A DNA stretch of 64,000 nucleotides from Candidatus Hydrogenedentota bacterium (GTDB lineage: Bacteria > Hydrogenedentota > Hydrogenedentia > Hydrogenedentales > SLHB01): contig CAVUWV010000024.1 in the NCBI GenBank assembly GCA_963745075.1, positions 320,001 to 384,000 of the forward strand, read 5' to 3'. Below are positions 30,277 to 39,600 of this stretch, in pieces (within the stretch, counting starts at the first letter, position 1; each line of letters opens with the position of its first letter). The notes beneath the pieces were generated by a model, which was given only the letters and a program-made list of their open reading frames with translations, was not told the DNA's origin and made no database searches. A program made the translations under genes and the position numbers.

Positions 30277-30325
30277 CGGGGGGCGTATGGCATACGAAGG
30301 CCATGCGGCCCCCGAGTCTTTTTCT
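30277..30325 (+). terminator. Intrinsic terminator after RRM copy 2
   Basis: Stem cggggggcgtatggc / gccatgcggcccccg (one mismatch, one G-U) then tcttttt; homologous to the copy 1 terminator. Confidence 0.75.
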
Positions 30326-30341
30326 GCCCGGTGACATCCCG

Positions 30342-32117
30342 TCACTCCTCCCCGAGCCACGCCCCCGAGTTCGCACGAAACGTTTCGTGCGGGGCGAACC
30401 ACCGTTTTTCCATCGTTACGGAACGCAGACCGATACCCAGGGTCCGGTGGTCTCTCGATTCCTTGTTCAGTTGCGCGGGTACCCAGCCGGGAACGCGGAC
30501 AGTCAACACGATGCGATCTTCGTCCACGCGCGGTAGTTTCACCTTGACGGTTGTAAACCCCGGCTCGTTTGGCAATGGCGCCACCAACTCGTCGCCATGA
30601 TACAGACCCGCGTCGGGGCCGACGGCGGCCTGCGGCAGGTTGATGTCTAGCGTGATTGTGTACCGCTTATGCGGCAGCACCGGGAGCCGCAGTTCGGATT
30701 CCGCGGTGGACCAACGCTTTGTGCCGTTCCCATCGGGCCATTCCCCGGCGGTTTCGGGCCCGTGCCATTGCCGCACGTAGGGACGGTCGCCGACCTCGCC
30801 GACGTCCACTACGTAATGAGATAGGCTTTTCCGCGTCCATTCCACGGGATTCTTCTCGTTGGCAACGAGCTGCGTCTTGTCCCCGGCCTGATTCTCGACA
30901 TCCAGCCCGCCCGAGGCCTGATTGCCCATGATGATGGCGGACTGGACCGCTTTGCCCACCAGCACGTGCGTGTCGCCGGGGCCGAAGGTGTTTCCTTGGA
31001 CGATGGACTTGCCGGTATCAAGCTGAATGGCCGGGGCGCCGGTGGCGTTCTTATCGAAATGCACGAAGTGACACGCGTTGGCCGTGAACTGCGTGCGGGG
31101 CGACCGCGCCCATACGCACCGGTCAATCGGTCCCCAGAACGAGCAGTTGACGAGGCTGACCTTACCCGCGCCGGAGCCTTCGGCGATTTCGACGCACACC
31201 GAATCGTCGCTTTCCCAACGTCCCACGAACTCACCATTCGTGATGAGGAGCCCCGGCTCTTGGCAATCCTCGACCAACACCGCCCGGCGGCACGAGTCCG
31301 CGCCGATCCCGAGGAAGTTGCCGTTGCAGGACCCGTTCTTCGTCTTCGAGAACTTGTATCCCACGCCGTAGCCGAAGCAGAACGTATTCATCACGTACTG
31401 CCAGTCCGTCCGCGCAAATTCAAAGGCGACGCCCTGCGTGTTCACCCAGTGGCAATACGGATCGTCGGGTTTGTAGGCCACGCCGAAGGGCCAGAAGTGG
31501 CAGTTTTCCACGCGGCCGATGTCGTAACACGCGTCCACGTACAGTCCGCGATAGCTCGGATACCCGAACACGTTCCGCACAATGAACCGCGCAGTCCCGT
31601 CGAAATGAATGCCTTCGTACGCGTTTACAATGAGACAATCGAGAATGGCCACGTCATTGACGCCCGTCGCGCCGATCGCGGGCGGGTAGGGGACTGGCGG
31701 CACGTCTTCCTGCCGCCATTCCGGGTAGTAAATGATGACGCCGGAAACAGTCGCCATCTCGCCACCGAGCCGGATAAACGGATCGCCCTCTGCGTTGCCG
31801 CGATTCGCGTACGCCTCCAGCACCGTGCCGTCCAATCGCAGCGGACGTCCGCCCCGATCCGTGGGCGGCGCATGGAAGACCCCCTGCAATGTCACCGCGC
31901 GCGGAATCGTCAACGAACCCGCGATACGGTACCGCCCCGCGGGAACCTGTACCACGCCGCCACCTGCGTTGCCTGCTGCGTCCAGGGCTTGTTGAAACGC
32001 CGCCGTATCATCCGTTTCCCCATCGCCCTTTGCCCCTGCGTCCCGTACGTTCCAATCGGCCTGTGCGATCGGGACCGACAGCAAGATGGGCAGCAACAGA
32101 CACAACACCTGTTTCAT
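30342..32117 (-). CDS. Secreted right-handed beta-helix protein (pectate lyase-3/GH28-related) with C-terminal beta-sandwich
   Basis: NVRDAGAKGDGETDDTAAFQQALD...GGVVQVPAGRYRI; signal peptide. Confidence 0.85.
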   Translation of the reverse strand: MKQVLCLLLPILLSVPIAQADWNVRDAGAKGDGETDDTAAFQQALDAAGNAGGGVVQVPAGRYRIAGSLTIPRAVTLQGVFHAPPTDRGGRPLRLDGTVLEAYANRGNAEGDPFIRLGGEMATVSGVIIYYPEWRQEDVPPVPYPPAIGATGVNDVAILDCLIVNAYEGIHFDGTARFIVRNVFGYPSYRGLYVDACYDIGRVENCHFWPFGVAYKPDDPYCHWVNTQGVAFEFARTDWQYVMNTFCFGYGVGYKFSKTKNGSCNGNFLGIGADSCRRAVLVEDCQEPGLLITNGEFVGRWESDDSVCVEIAEGSGAGKVSLVNCSFWGPIDRCVWARSPRTQFTANACHFVHFDKNATGAPAIQLDTGKSIVQGNTFGPGDTHVLVGKAVQSAIIMGNQASGGLDVENQAGDKTQLVANEKNPVEWTRKSLSHYVVDVGEVGDRPYVRQWHGPETAGEWPDGNGTKRWSTAESELRLPVLPHKRYTITLDINLPQAAVGPDAGLYHGDELVAPLPNEPGFTTVKVKLPRVDEDRIVLTVRVPGWVPAQLNKESRDHRTLGIGLRSVTMEKRWFAPHETFRANSGAWLGEE

Positions 32118-32146
32118 AGTGAGATTCCCCCTATCGGTGCGCCCCG

Positions 32147-32467
32147 TCACTCCTCGGCCATGAGTTCATCGAGACTTTCGGACATGAAGAACAGTTGCGA
32201 CGCCGATGCGATCTGCGATGCGACCATCAACGCCTCTGCAACTTCCTCCTTGCTGGCGCCGGCGCGTATGGCGTCTTTTCCGTGCGCTTCGACGCAGTGT
32301 TCGCACCGCATCACGAGGCCCACCGCCGCGGCGATCAATTCTTTCGTTTTCGCGTCGAGCACACCTTGCGATTTCACCGCACGATAGAACGCGTACCAGC
32401 CTTCGGCATGTTCCGGGGCCCGCTTCCCAAACCAATACTTCGCCATCGGGGATTTGCTCGTTGACAT
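32147..32467 (-). CDS. Carboxymuconolactone decarboxylase/AhpD-like protein
   Basis: LDAKTKELIA...RCEHCVEAH...AGASKEEVAEA; AGGAGG RBS. Confidence 0.9.
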   Translation of the reverse strand: MSTSKSPMAKYWFGKRAPEHAEGWYAFYRAVKSQGVLDAKTKELIAAAVGLVMRCEHCVEAHGKDAIRAGASKEEVAEALMVASQIASASQLFFMSESLDELMAEE

Positions 32468-32700
32468 GAGTACCTCCTGATTCTGCTTCACTTTGTCCAA
32501 TTCAACCGCACGTGAAAACGGCGCGAGCACTTAACCGGACTTGGCATCCATATTGGCGTATAGTGTCGGGCAATCGCAATTGATGGTCCAAAACCTCTCC
32601 GGAAGAATGAACCGCGACCGCGGAAGACACGTAGTAGTCTTTGTACTGATAGGACTACAGTCTTGAACATAGCGCACAGGTAAAGGTCGGAGGACCAAAG

Positions 32701-33249
32701 ATGAGAATCAAGATAATCGTAGTCTTGCCAGTATTGCTTGCGCTGTGTGCCGTGCCGGGCAACGCTCTACAAGAGTTCTTCGGGGCGGGTCCGGTGCCTC
32801 ATAGCGCAAGTTGGCCTAACGGATTGGCGGCCTTGGTTGACGAAGATTCGCGTTTCGCTGCTACCCTTGGGTTTGCAGACGCATGGGCGTTCTACACAGG
32901 CGATACCGATGATCTAAATGCCTTTCTCGCGACTTGTGCCCGACTGGAGGACACACGCCTGCAACTCGTGCTGCATCCCGGACCGATGCCCGTCGACATG
33001 AAGCGCCACGACAACACCGACCGTACCCTGAACGCCGACTGGGTGCTGCACGTTGCCGAAACGTACCAGGGCCGAACCAACGCAGACGCTTTCGAGGGGA
33101 GAAACATTGCCGTGACGATCGACGTCTATCTTGGTGGACAAGTCGGTCTCGCTGCCCTGAACGTTCCCAGTGATTTTGATGTACTTTCGGGCGGCGAGAT
33201 TGAGGCGTTCGTTGAGGCCCATGAAGCGAATCAACATGCGAAGAATTGA
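32701..33249 (+). CDS. Hypothetical secreted protein
   Basis: GGAGG RBS, signal peptide, 182-aa ORF. Confidence 0.75.
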   Translation: MRIKIIVVLPVLLALCAVPGNALQEFFGAGPVPHSASWPNGLAALVDEDSRFAATLGFADAWAFYTGDTDDLNAFLATCARLEDTRLQLVLHPGPMPVDMKRHDNTDRTLNADWVLHVAETYQGRTNADAFEGRNIAVTIDVYLGGQVGLAALNVPSDFDVLSGGEIEAFVEAHEANQHAKN

Positions 33250-33329
33250 GCGCGGCAAGGTTCTGCACGCCACGCGTGTAAGGTCCAGATTACTTCCGGG
33301 AATGAAGTCTCTAGCGATTCAGCCGTGTC

Positions 33330-33611
33330 TCACCCTCCCGACACAGCCTGCAGGATCGTAATCCGGTCGCCAGGTTGGATGGAAACTTCGAGCGTATCGA
33401 GCCACCGGGTATTCTGATCGTTGTACAGAATGACCACGTGTCGCCGAATTTCCCCGTGGTCTTCATACAGGTGTGACTGCAACAGCGGATACTTCACAAC
33501 AAGTTCGTCAAGGCATTCCCGCAACGTTTCGCCGGAAACTTCAATTTCCCTTGCACCCCCCGTGGCATTGCCAAGCAGAAGGGGTATCGCGACTGGAACG
33601 GCAACATTCAC
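33330..33611 (-). CDS. MoaD/ThiS family ubiquitin-like sulfur carrier
   Basis: 93 aa, beta-grasp pattern, C-terminal GDRITILQAVSGG; GTG start after GAGG. Confidence 0.92.
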   Translation of the reverse strand: MNVAVPVAIPLLLGNATGGAREIEVSGETLRECLDELVVKYPLLQSHLYEDHGEIRRHVVILYNDQNTRWLDTLEVSIQPGDRITILQAVSGG

Positions 33612-34820
33612 TCGGCAATCTTCCTCATAGTCTGCTTCGTAGTCTTCCTCGTACTCGTAATCTTACGCATGCTCGTACACGTACTCGTGCTCGTACTCGT
33701 ACTCGTACTCGAAGTAAGACGCATGGATCGACACGCGGTTACGAAGTCCACAACCGCAACGCTCACGCTGGTGATTCGCGGCAACGCACACGGCATCGCT
33801 TCCCATTGCTCGCCGCCGTCGCGTGAATAGAAGACCTGCCCACCCGTCGTGCCGAAATACACGCCGGGGCTATCGCAGGAATCCGCCGCCATGGCCTGCC
33901 GCAACACGCCGACGTAGGCGCTGTCCGGAAGTCCCGACCGTAACGGCTCCCACGAGTCGCCGCCGTTCGTCGTGCGGTAGACCGTCAAACGTCCGTCAGC
34001 CGCGAACCGAAATTCGTCGCTTTCTTGCGGCACGATGTAGAGCGTATCGGAATCGTTCGGAAGCATGACCATGGGAAACCCGAAATTATTGGGAATTCCG
34101 TTTTCGATGCGCTCCCACTTCTTCCCGCCGTTCGTGCTGCGGAACACTCCGCGATGGTTCTGTTGGAACAACCGCTCGGGATTGCGCGGGTCGAGGATCA
34201 TCCGGTGTACGCAGGTACCGATATCCTTGTGCGTCTTGCCTTCAACGATGATATCGAGTCCGTCGTTACTCGATTCCCAGGTCTTGCCCGCGTCCTCCGA
34301 ACGAAACACGCCGACCGCCGATATTCCGACCCACATGCGATTCTCATTCGTGGGATCCAGCAAGATCGAATGGCAACACAGTCCACCCGCGCCCGGGGCA
34401 CCATTCCTCGCGGGTCGGATGGCCGGAGAGTCCGCTCACTTCTTCCCAGTGCCAGCCGCTGTCGTGGCTGACGAAAAGGCCGGCCTCGTCGACGCCCGCG
34501 TACAACACGCCGGATTCGCTGGCGCGCCCGGGTACGACGCACCAGACGTTGTTGAGCGTGTGACTCGATTCATACTTGGGGACGTGTTCCACCTGCTGCC
34601 ACGTCTGGCCCAAGTCCGCAGAGATGTGTATGGCCGGGCCATAAATGAAGTGCCCGACCGCTGCATAGAGCGTCGGCGCCGACCGCTGATCCAACGCCAG
34701 ATTGAAGACAGACCAGCCTTTCAGCAACGGCCCGGTAATTTCCCATGATTCACGCCGCTCGTCCGATGAAAACAGAAAGGCACCTTTTTGCGTACCGACC
34801 ATTACGAGGATTCGTGCCAT
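33608..34820 (-). CDS. BNR/Asp-box beta-propeller protein (WD40/YVTN/BNR-like); frameshift near 34390, true stop possibly 33739
   Basis: VGTQKGAF start; Asp boxes SADLGQTW, SHDSGWHW, SEDAGKTW, STNGGKKW, SRDGGEQW; +1 shift restores WCPGAGGLCCHSI; the low-complexity STST tail is the translated hexamer repeat. Confidence 0.85.
33648..33711. repeat. Hexamer tandem repeat (CTCGTR)n
   Basis: ctcgtactcgta...ctcgtacacgtactcgtgctcgtactcgtactcgtactcg. Confidence 0.85.
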
Positions 34821-34821
34821 G

Positions 34822-36372
34822 TTATCGCGTCGCCCTTATGTGAAACGCTTCCCATCCACCCTTTACCGAATACACCTTCGCACAACCCAGGTCGCGCATT
34901 TGCTTCGCAAGCTTCAGGCTGCGCATTCCGCGCGCGCAGCATAAGAGACAGAGATCATCGACACGGACCGGCGGCCGCTTCGGATCCCAGGCGCTCATGG
35001 CGATATGCTCGTGCCGGATGCCGTTCAATGGCAGGGGACGGGCTTGGACTTCGTCCAGTTCGCGAATGTCGATGATGCGGTACTGCCCCAGCCGTTCCGG
35101 TGCGAGCGCCAGTACGTCGACCAGGATATCCGCGGGCGGCAGGTACTCATCGCGATCGATCGTGCGAATGCGCGGGGTCGCACCGCACACCGGACACGCC
35201 TGCTGCTTCGGAACCTTAATGCGCTGAGACGCGTAGGTCAGGCAATTGAAGATCTCCATCTCGCTGCCCAACCCGTCCGGCAGTCCCAGAATGTATTTGA
35301 TCGCTTCCATGGCCTGCATCGTGCCGAGAATGCCCGGCACCGCGCCTAACACGCCGACTTCCGCGCAGGAACCCACGCACCCGGGCTCCGGAACTTCGGG
35401 CCATAAACAACGCAGACACGCGCCGCCCGAATCCGGACGGACGAACATGAGCTGCCCCTCATACTGATAGATGCTTGCGAACACGACGGGTTTCTTTGAC
35501 AGCACCGCCGCGTCATTGATGAGGAATTTGGTGGCAAAGTTGTCCGTGCAATCCAGGATGAGATCGTAAGGCGCAAAAATTTCCAGCACATTTCCCGGCG
35601 TCATCGGCGTCTCGTGCGTATGGACCTCGATAAACGCATTCTGTTTACGAATCCGCCTCGCCGCGAGTGCGGCTTTAGGTTCGCCAACGTCGGCGCAACG
35701 GTAGAGCGTCTGCCGGTGCAGATTGCTGGCTTCGAGCAGATCGCCCTCGCAGATGCCCAGGGTTCCCACGCCAGCCGCCGCAAGGTAGCTCAACACCGGC
35801 GATCCCAAACCGCCGGAGCCGACAACCAGCACCTTGCTCGCGCGCAGTTTGGCCTGACCCGCCTCACCAACTTCCGGCAATCGCGTCTGGCGCGCGTAGT
35901 AGTCCGATTCCGTGAATGAAGGGGGAGGGATTTCGCTCACCGCGTGGCTACCATGGGCGCAGCGTTCACAGTTCACCCAGCCTGAATCGCCGTCTACGTA
36001 GTGCTCCTTCTTCCAGATCGGAACGCGGGACTTAATCTCGTCGATCACATAGCGGCTGGCACGATACGCTTCATCCCGATGCGCCGCAGCGACACCGACC
36101 CACACCGCCAGTTCCCCAACCGCCAAATCGCCCACGCGATGAACGCAGCGCGCGTCCGATATACCGAACCGGTCGCGGGCCTCCCGTAGAATACGCTCGC
36201 CTTCTTTCACCGCAACGGCGTCATAGGCTTCATACTCGAGACGGTTCACCGTCCGTCCCTCGTTCCGGTTGCGGACCCATCCCTCGAACGTCACGCACGC
36301 ACCGGCCTCCGGCCGTGCCATCGCGCGTTTGAGTTCATCCGGATCAAGCGGAGTACTGCTCAGTGAAAACAT
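34822..36372 (-). CDS. MoaE-MoeB(E1)-rhodanese fusion
   Basis: N-terminal MoaE (FEGWVR, LEYEAY, HRVGDL, AAHR, VPIWKKEHY); MoeB/ThiF (YARQ, VVGSGGLG, SNLHRQ, DCTDNF, CLRC, CAEVGVLG, CPVC); rhodanese (IDIRE, CARGMRS, VKGG). Confidence 0.92.
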   Translation of the reverse strand: MFSLSSTPLDPDELKRAMARPEAGACVTFEGWVRNRNEGRTVNRLEYEAYDAVAVKEGERILREARDRFGISDARCVHRVGDLAVGELAVWVGVAAAHRDEAYRASRYVIDEIKSRVPIWKKEHYVDGDSGWVNCERCAHGSHAVSEIPPPSFTESDYYARQTRLPEVGEAGQAKLRASKVLVVGSGGLGSPVLSYLAAAGVGTLGICEGDLLEASNLHRQTLYRCADVGEPKAALAARRIRKQNAFIEVHTHETPMTPGNVLEIFAPYDLILDCTDNFATKFLINDAAVLSKKPVVFASIYQYEGQLMFVRPDSGGACLRCLWPEVPEPGCVGSCAEVGVLGAVPGILGTMQAMEAIKYILGLPDGLGSEMEIFNCLTYASQRIKVPKQQACPVCGATPRIRTIDRDEYLPPADILVDVLALAPERLGQYRIIDIRELDEVQARPLPLNGIRHEHIAMSAWDPKRPPVRVDDLCLLCCARGMRSLKLAKQMRDLGCAKVYSVKGGWEAFHIRATR

Positions 36373-36484
36373 ACGGGGTCTCCAGATACTGAACGCCTAC
36401 GCGCTGCGTTGCACCTCATTCACCGGCGGGTTCGGACGATTCACCTACCTGAACCAACCGCCAGCTCACAGCATTGACCGCACT

Positions 36485-36512
36485 ATTTTACCACACACCG
36501 CGTTCCCGTCAA
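36485..36512 (-). promoter_or_regulatory. Putative sigma70 promoter of the moaE-moeB operon
   Basis: Minus strand TTGACG-16 nt-TAAAAT with extended -10 TG, about 110 nt upstream of the ATG. Confidence 0.55.
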
Positions 36513-36680
36513 CCTGAGCATCGTGTTCTTGAAGTGCCTGCCACTCGGATGCCGACAGGCGTCGCCAACTAAGACAACCGAATCTTCTCCGGAACCGTGA
36601 TCGGTGGGATTCGCTTTGCTGATTTCGCGGGCGGTGGGGTTATATGGAGTAGAATGAGTTGAGAGTGCGGGGGACAGCGA

Positions 36681-39600
36681 ATGAGCCATGCGGGAGACGA
36701 ACTTCTACACGAATGGTGTGCAAAACGTGACGCCGAGGCGTTCCGCACCATCGTGGAGCGGCACGCGGGAATGGTTTACGCCACGTGCCGTCGCGTTCTA
36801 CGGGATTCTGTCGAAGCCGAGGATGTCACTCAGGAGTGCTTCGAGGCCTTGGTCTCAACGTCTCAACCCCCGTATCGATACCTGGGGCCCTGGCTTCACC
36901 GAGTTGCGACGAACCTATCCCTAAAACGGCTGCGGGAGTCGAGCCGCCGTACCGCGCGCGAACGCCAGTATGCGGATCTCCATGCCCATCCAGTTGCCCC
37001 CTCATGGGACGACATGTACGAACACGTCGATGAGGCCATCGCCCGGTTGCCCGAGAAACTGCGCATCCCGATTACCGCCCACTTTCTTGAAGGGATGACG
37101 CAGGAGGCCGTTGCGCAGCAGCTTGGAACTTCGCCACCCACCGTGCGCTATCGCATCAAGAAGGGTCTCGAACGGATCGGGGCGGACCTTCAGAAACGGC
37201 ACATCACGACGGGGGCGGGTACGCTGGCCGTACTCCTTGCCGGTCACCTCTCCGAGGCCGCCGAAGTTCCATCCGCCCTCACGGAGTCCCTGGGACGACT
37301 GGCGCTGGCCCAGGCGGGTCAAGGAGCCGGCGCGGCCGCAGGAGGATGGTTGGCCCACCAATTCCTTTTGAAAGCCTTAATCGTGGCGGCAATTCCGACT
37401 GCCACCATCGTAGCGACGTTCGTCGCGATCAACCACGATCGCGCGTCGCAGGTCGCGGCCGTTGATGAGCCAGGCGTTTCTTCGCCGACACCTCCCAAGA
37501 CGCCCGAAACCGATCAAAGTTCTGTGAGGGCCACACGAACCGAGCGTTCCGCCAGCTCGACCCCGGTTCACCAATTGGCGCCACTCTCCGAAGGAGTGCC
37601 CGCCGAGTTTCTATACCTCTTCGAGCCCATTGAGAAGGGACCCGGTGCCGTTTACGGTACCATCACAGATCCGGACGGAGAACCGCTGGCCGGCGCTCGC
37701 GTTACGTTGTTCCGCATGGACAGCTGGTGGAAGCACAGCTACGCAGAGACGGTCACCGACGCGAACGGCACGTACGAAATCACGGATCTGCCGGTGTCTC
37801 AGGCTTATTGGTTGACTGCGGTTTCGGACACGGGCGCTGCCAGCGGATACGTTGCGCTGTACCTCGTATCCGACTTGGAGAAGCGCTTTGCGCAGTTCGG
37901 ATCGGCGCGAATATTCCCCGGCAACGACCGGCCTGGTCCGCACGCTGGGCAGCGGTGCCGGAAGGACCTATCCATATCGCCTTTTAACGAACCCGCGTTC
38001 GCCGGTCGAGTACTCAGTGGGGAAGGGATGCCCGTCGAGGGGGCCCTTGTCGCGACGGCCGGCCGACCCTATCTCGAGTCGGGGCTCAGCATGAACGTGC
38101 GGACGGACCACGAGGGACGGTTTGCCGTTCACAACATCCTGTCCCCGGACAACGAGAGTTCGCTGGTGGCATACGCCAAAGGCTACGCGCCTACGACGAT
38201 TCATCATGTGCCGCCCCAGTCTTCCGGAAACGAGATCGTCCTTAAACCGGCTCATCGCGTTTCCGGTACTGCCCGCCTCAGGGATACGAATCAACCGGTC
38301 GCCGGCAAGCAGGTCACGCTACGAACCATCCGCGATCATGACCCCAGAAATGTTACGACTACTGATCGAAACGGGGAATTCACCTTCGATGGTCTTGCCG
38401 CGAAGACCTACGCGCTCAGCCTGACCGATACGGACGCGGGTCTCGCATCCATCGACGCACTTACGCTGGATCTTCGCGAGACCGAAGACATTGACGGCAT
38501 CCAACTCCTGGTCTCTTCAGGAGCGACCATCTCCGGGCGAGTTTATGTCGAGGAGACAAACGAGCCCATCGCGGGCGTTCGTCTACACATTGGGAGCACG
38601 CGAACCAGCGATTCAGTCCGTGAGGCGGTCACGGGACCCGATGGAACGTATCAACTGCGCTTTCTGCCCGCGGGCAAATACGGCATAAAGTGTCTCCCGC
38701 CGGAGAACGTGGTTCGCCATTCGCACCCAATGGATCAGGGCTGGCCCGGCCCTGGGAAGGAAGTTGAAGTGGGACCGGAGGAACAGCATACGGGAGTCGA
38801 CTTCGCGTTTCAGGGCGGTGTCTCCGTTTCAGGACGAGTCACTGACCCTGAAGGAAACCCGGTTGCGGGGGCGGGCCTGATCGCGGTGAATTCGCAGTCT
38901 CCGCGGGAGGGAGACTTCCATTCGGGCCAGGGGCTTCCCTTGCAGACCAGTGGTGTGCTTACCGATCAAGACGGGTATTACGTGCTACGCGGCTTTTCCC
39001 CGTCAGACGAATGGACGTACTCGATCCGAGTTGAAGCCTTGGGCTATGCCCGGTTCGAGTCAAACGCTTTTCAAGTCACAGGCGATATGGCGGACATCAA
39101 TTTTACGCTCGAACCCGCGGCTATCGTCTCTGGCCGCACCGTGACGCTAAAGGGGGAACCGTTGCCCCTCGTAGCACTGGCTCTGAAACCGGTCGATAGC
39201 AAGATTCTGCACGGTGGAATGAGTGGGTTCTCCGGCATGGATGGTCGGTTCACGCTTTCCACGGGTGTATTGCCGGGCGAGTACTATTTTGAGGCGGGCG
39301 GATTCTTCAATCCAAACCTTGACATTCCATTCAGCGGTCGTACGATGAACCCTCCCATTGTTGTCGAAGGCACGGTCCCGATCCAGGGAGTGCGCGTTGT
39401 TATTCCCATGAAGGACGAGTGTGCGACACTGTTGGGAAACGTCTTTGCCCAGGACACGTCGCTGGCCGTGTCGGATGCTAGAGTCGAAGTGGCGCAGGTT
39501 GTGGCGGAGAACGGCGACGACTACGGCGCGTCGGGGCACTTCGAAGCGGGACCGGGCACGGGAGAATTCCGTCTGACGAACGTGTTCCCTGGAACGGTCA

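Noticed and set aside
30966..32387. Long + strand ORF (473 aa); likewise 40371-41828, 125-1183, 48849-49928 and 56638-57612
   Set aside because: Antisense shadows of well-supported genes in GC-rich DNA, with no recognisable motifs.
33608..33738. Ser/Thr-rich C-terminal tail of the propeller as a real domain
   Set aside because: It is the translated CTCGTR repeat; one extra base near 33748 would otherwise give a stop at 33739.
36373..36480. Moco riboswitch upstream of the moaE-moeB fusion
   Set aside because: Two hairpins are possible in the leader, but I cannot find the conserved Moco RNA elements; needs cmscan and is not supported by eye.
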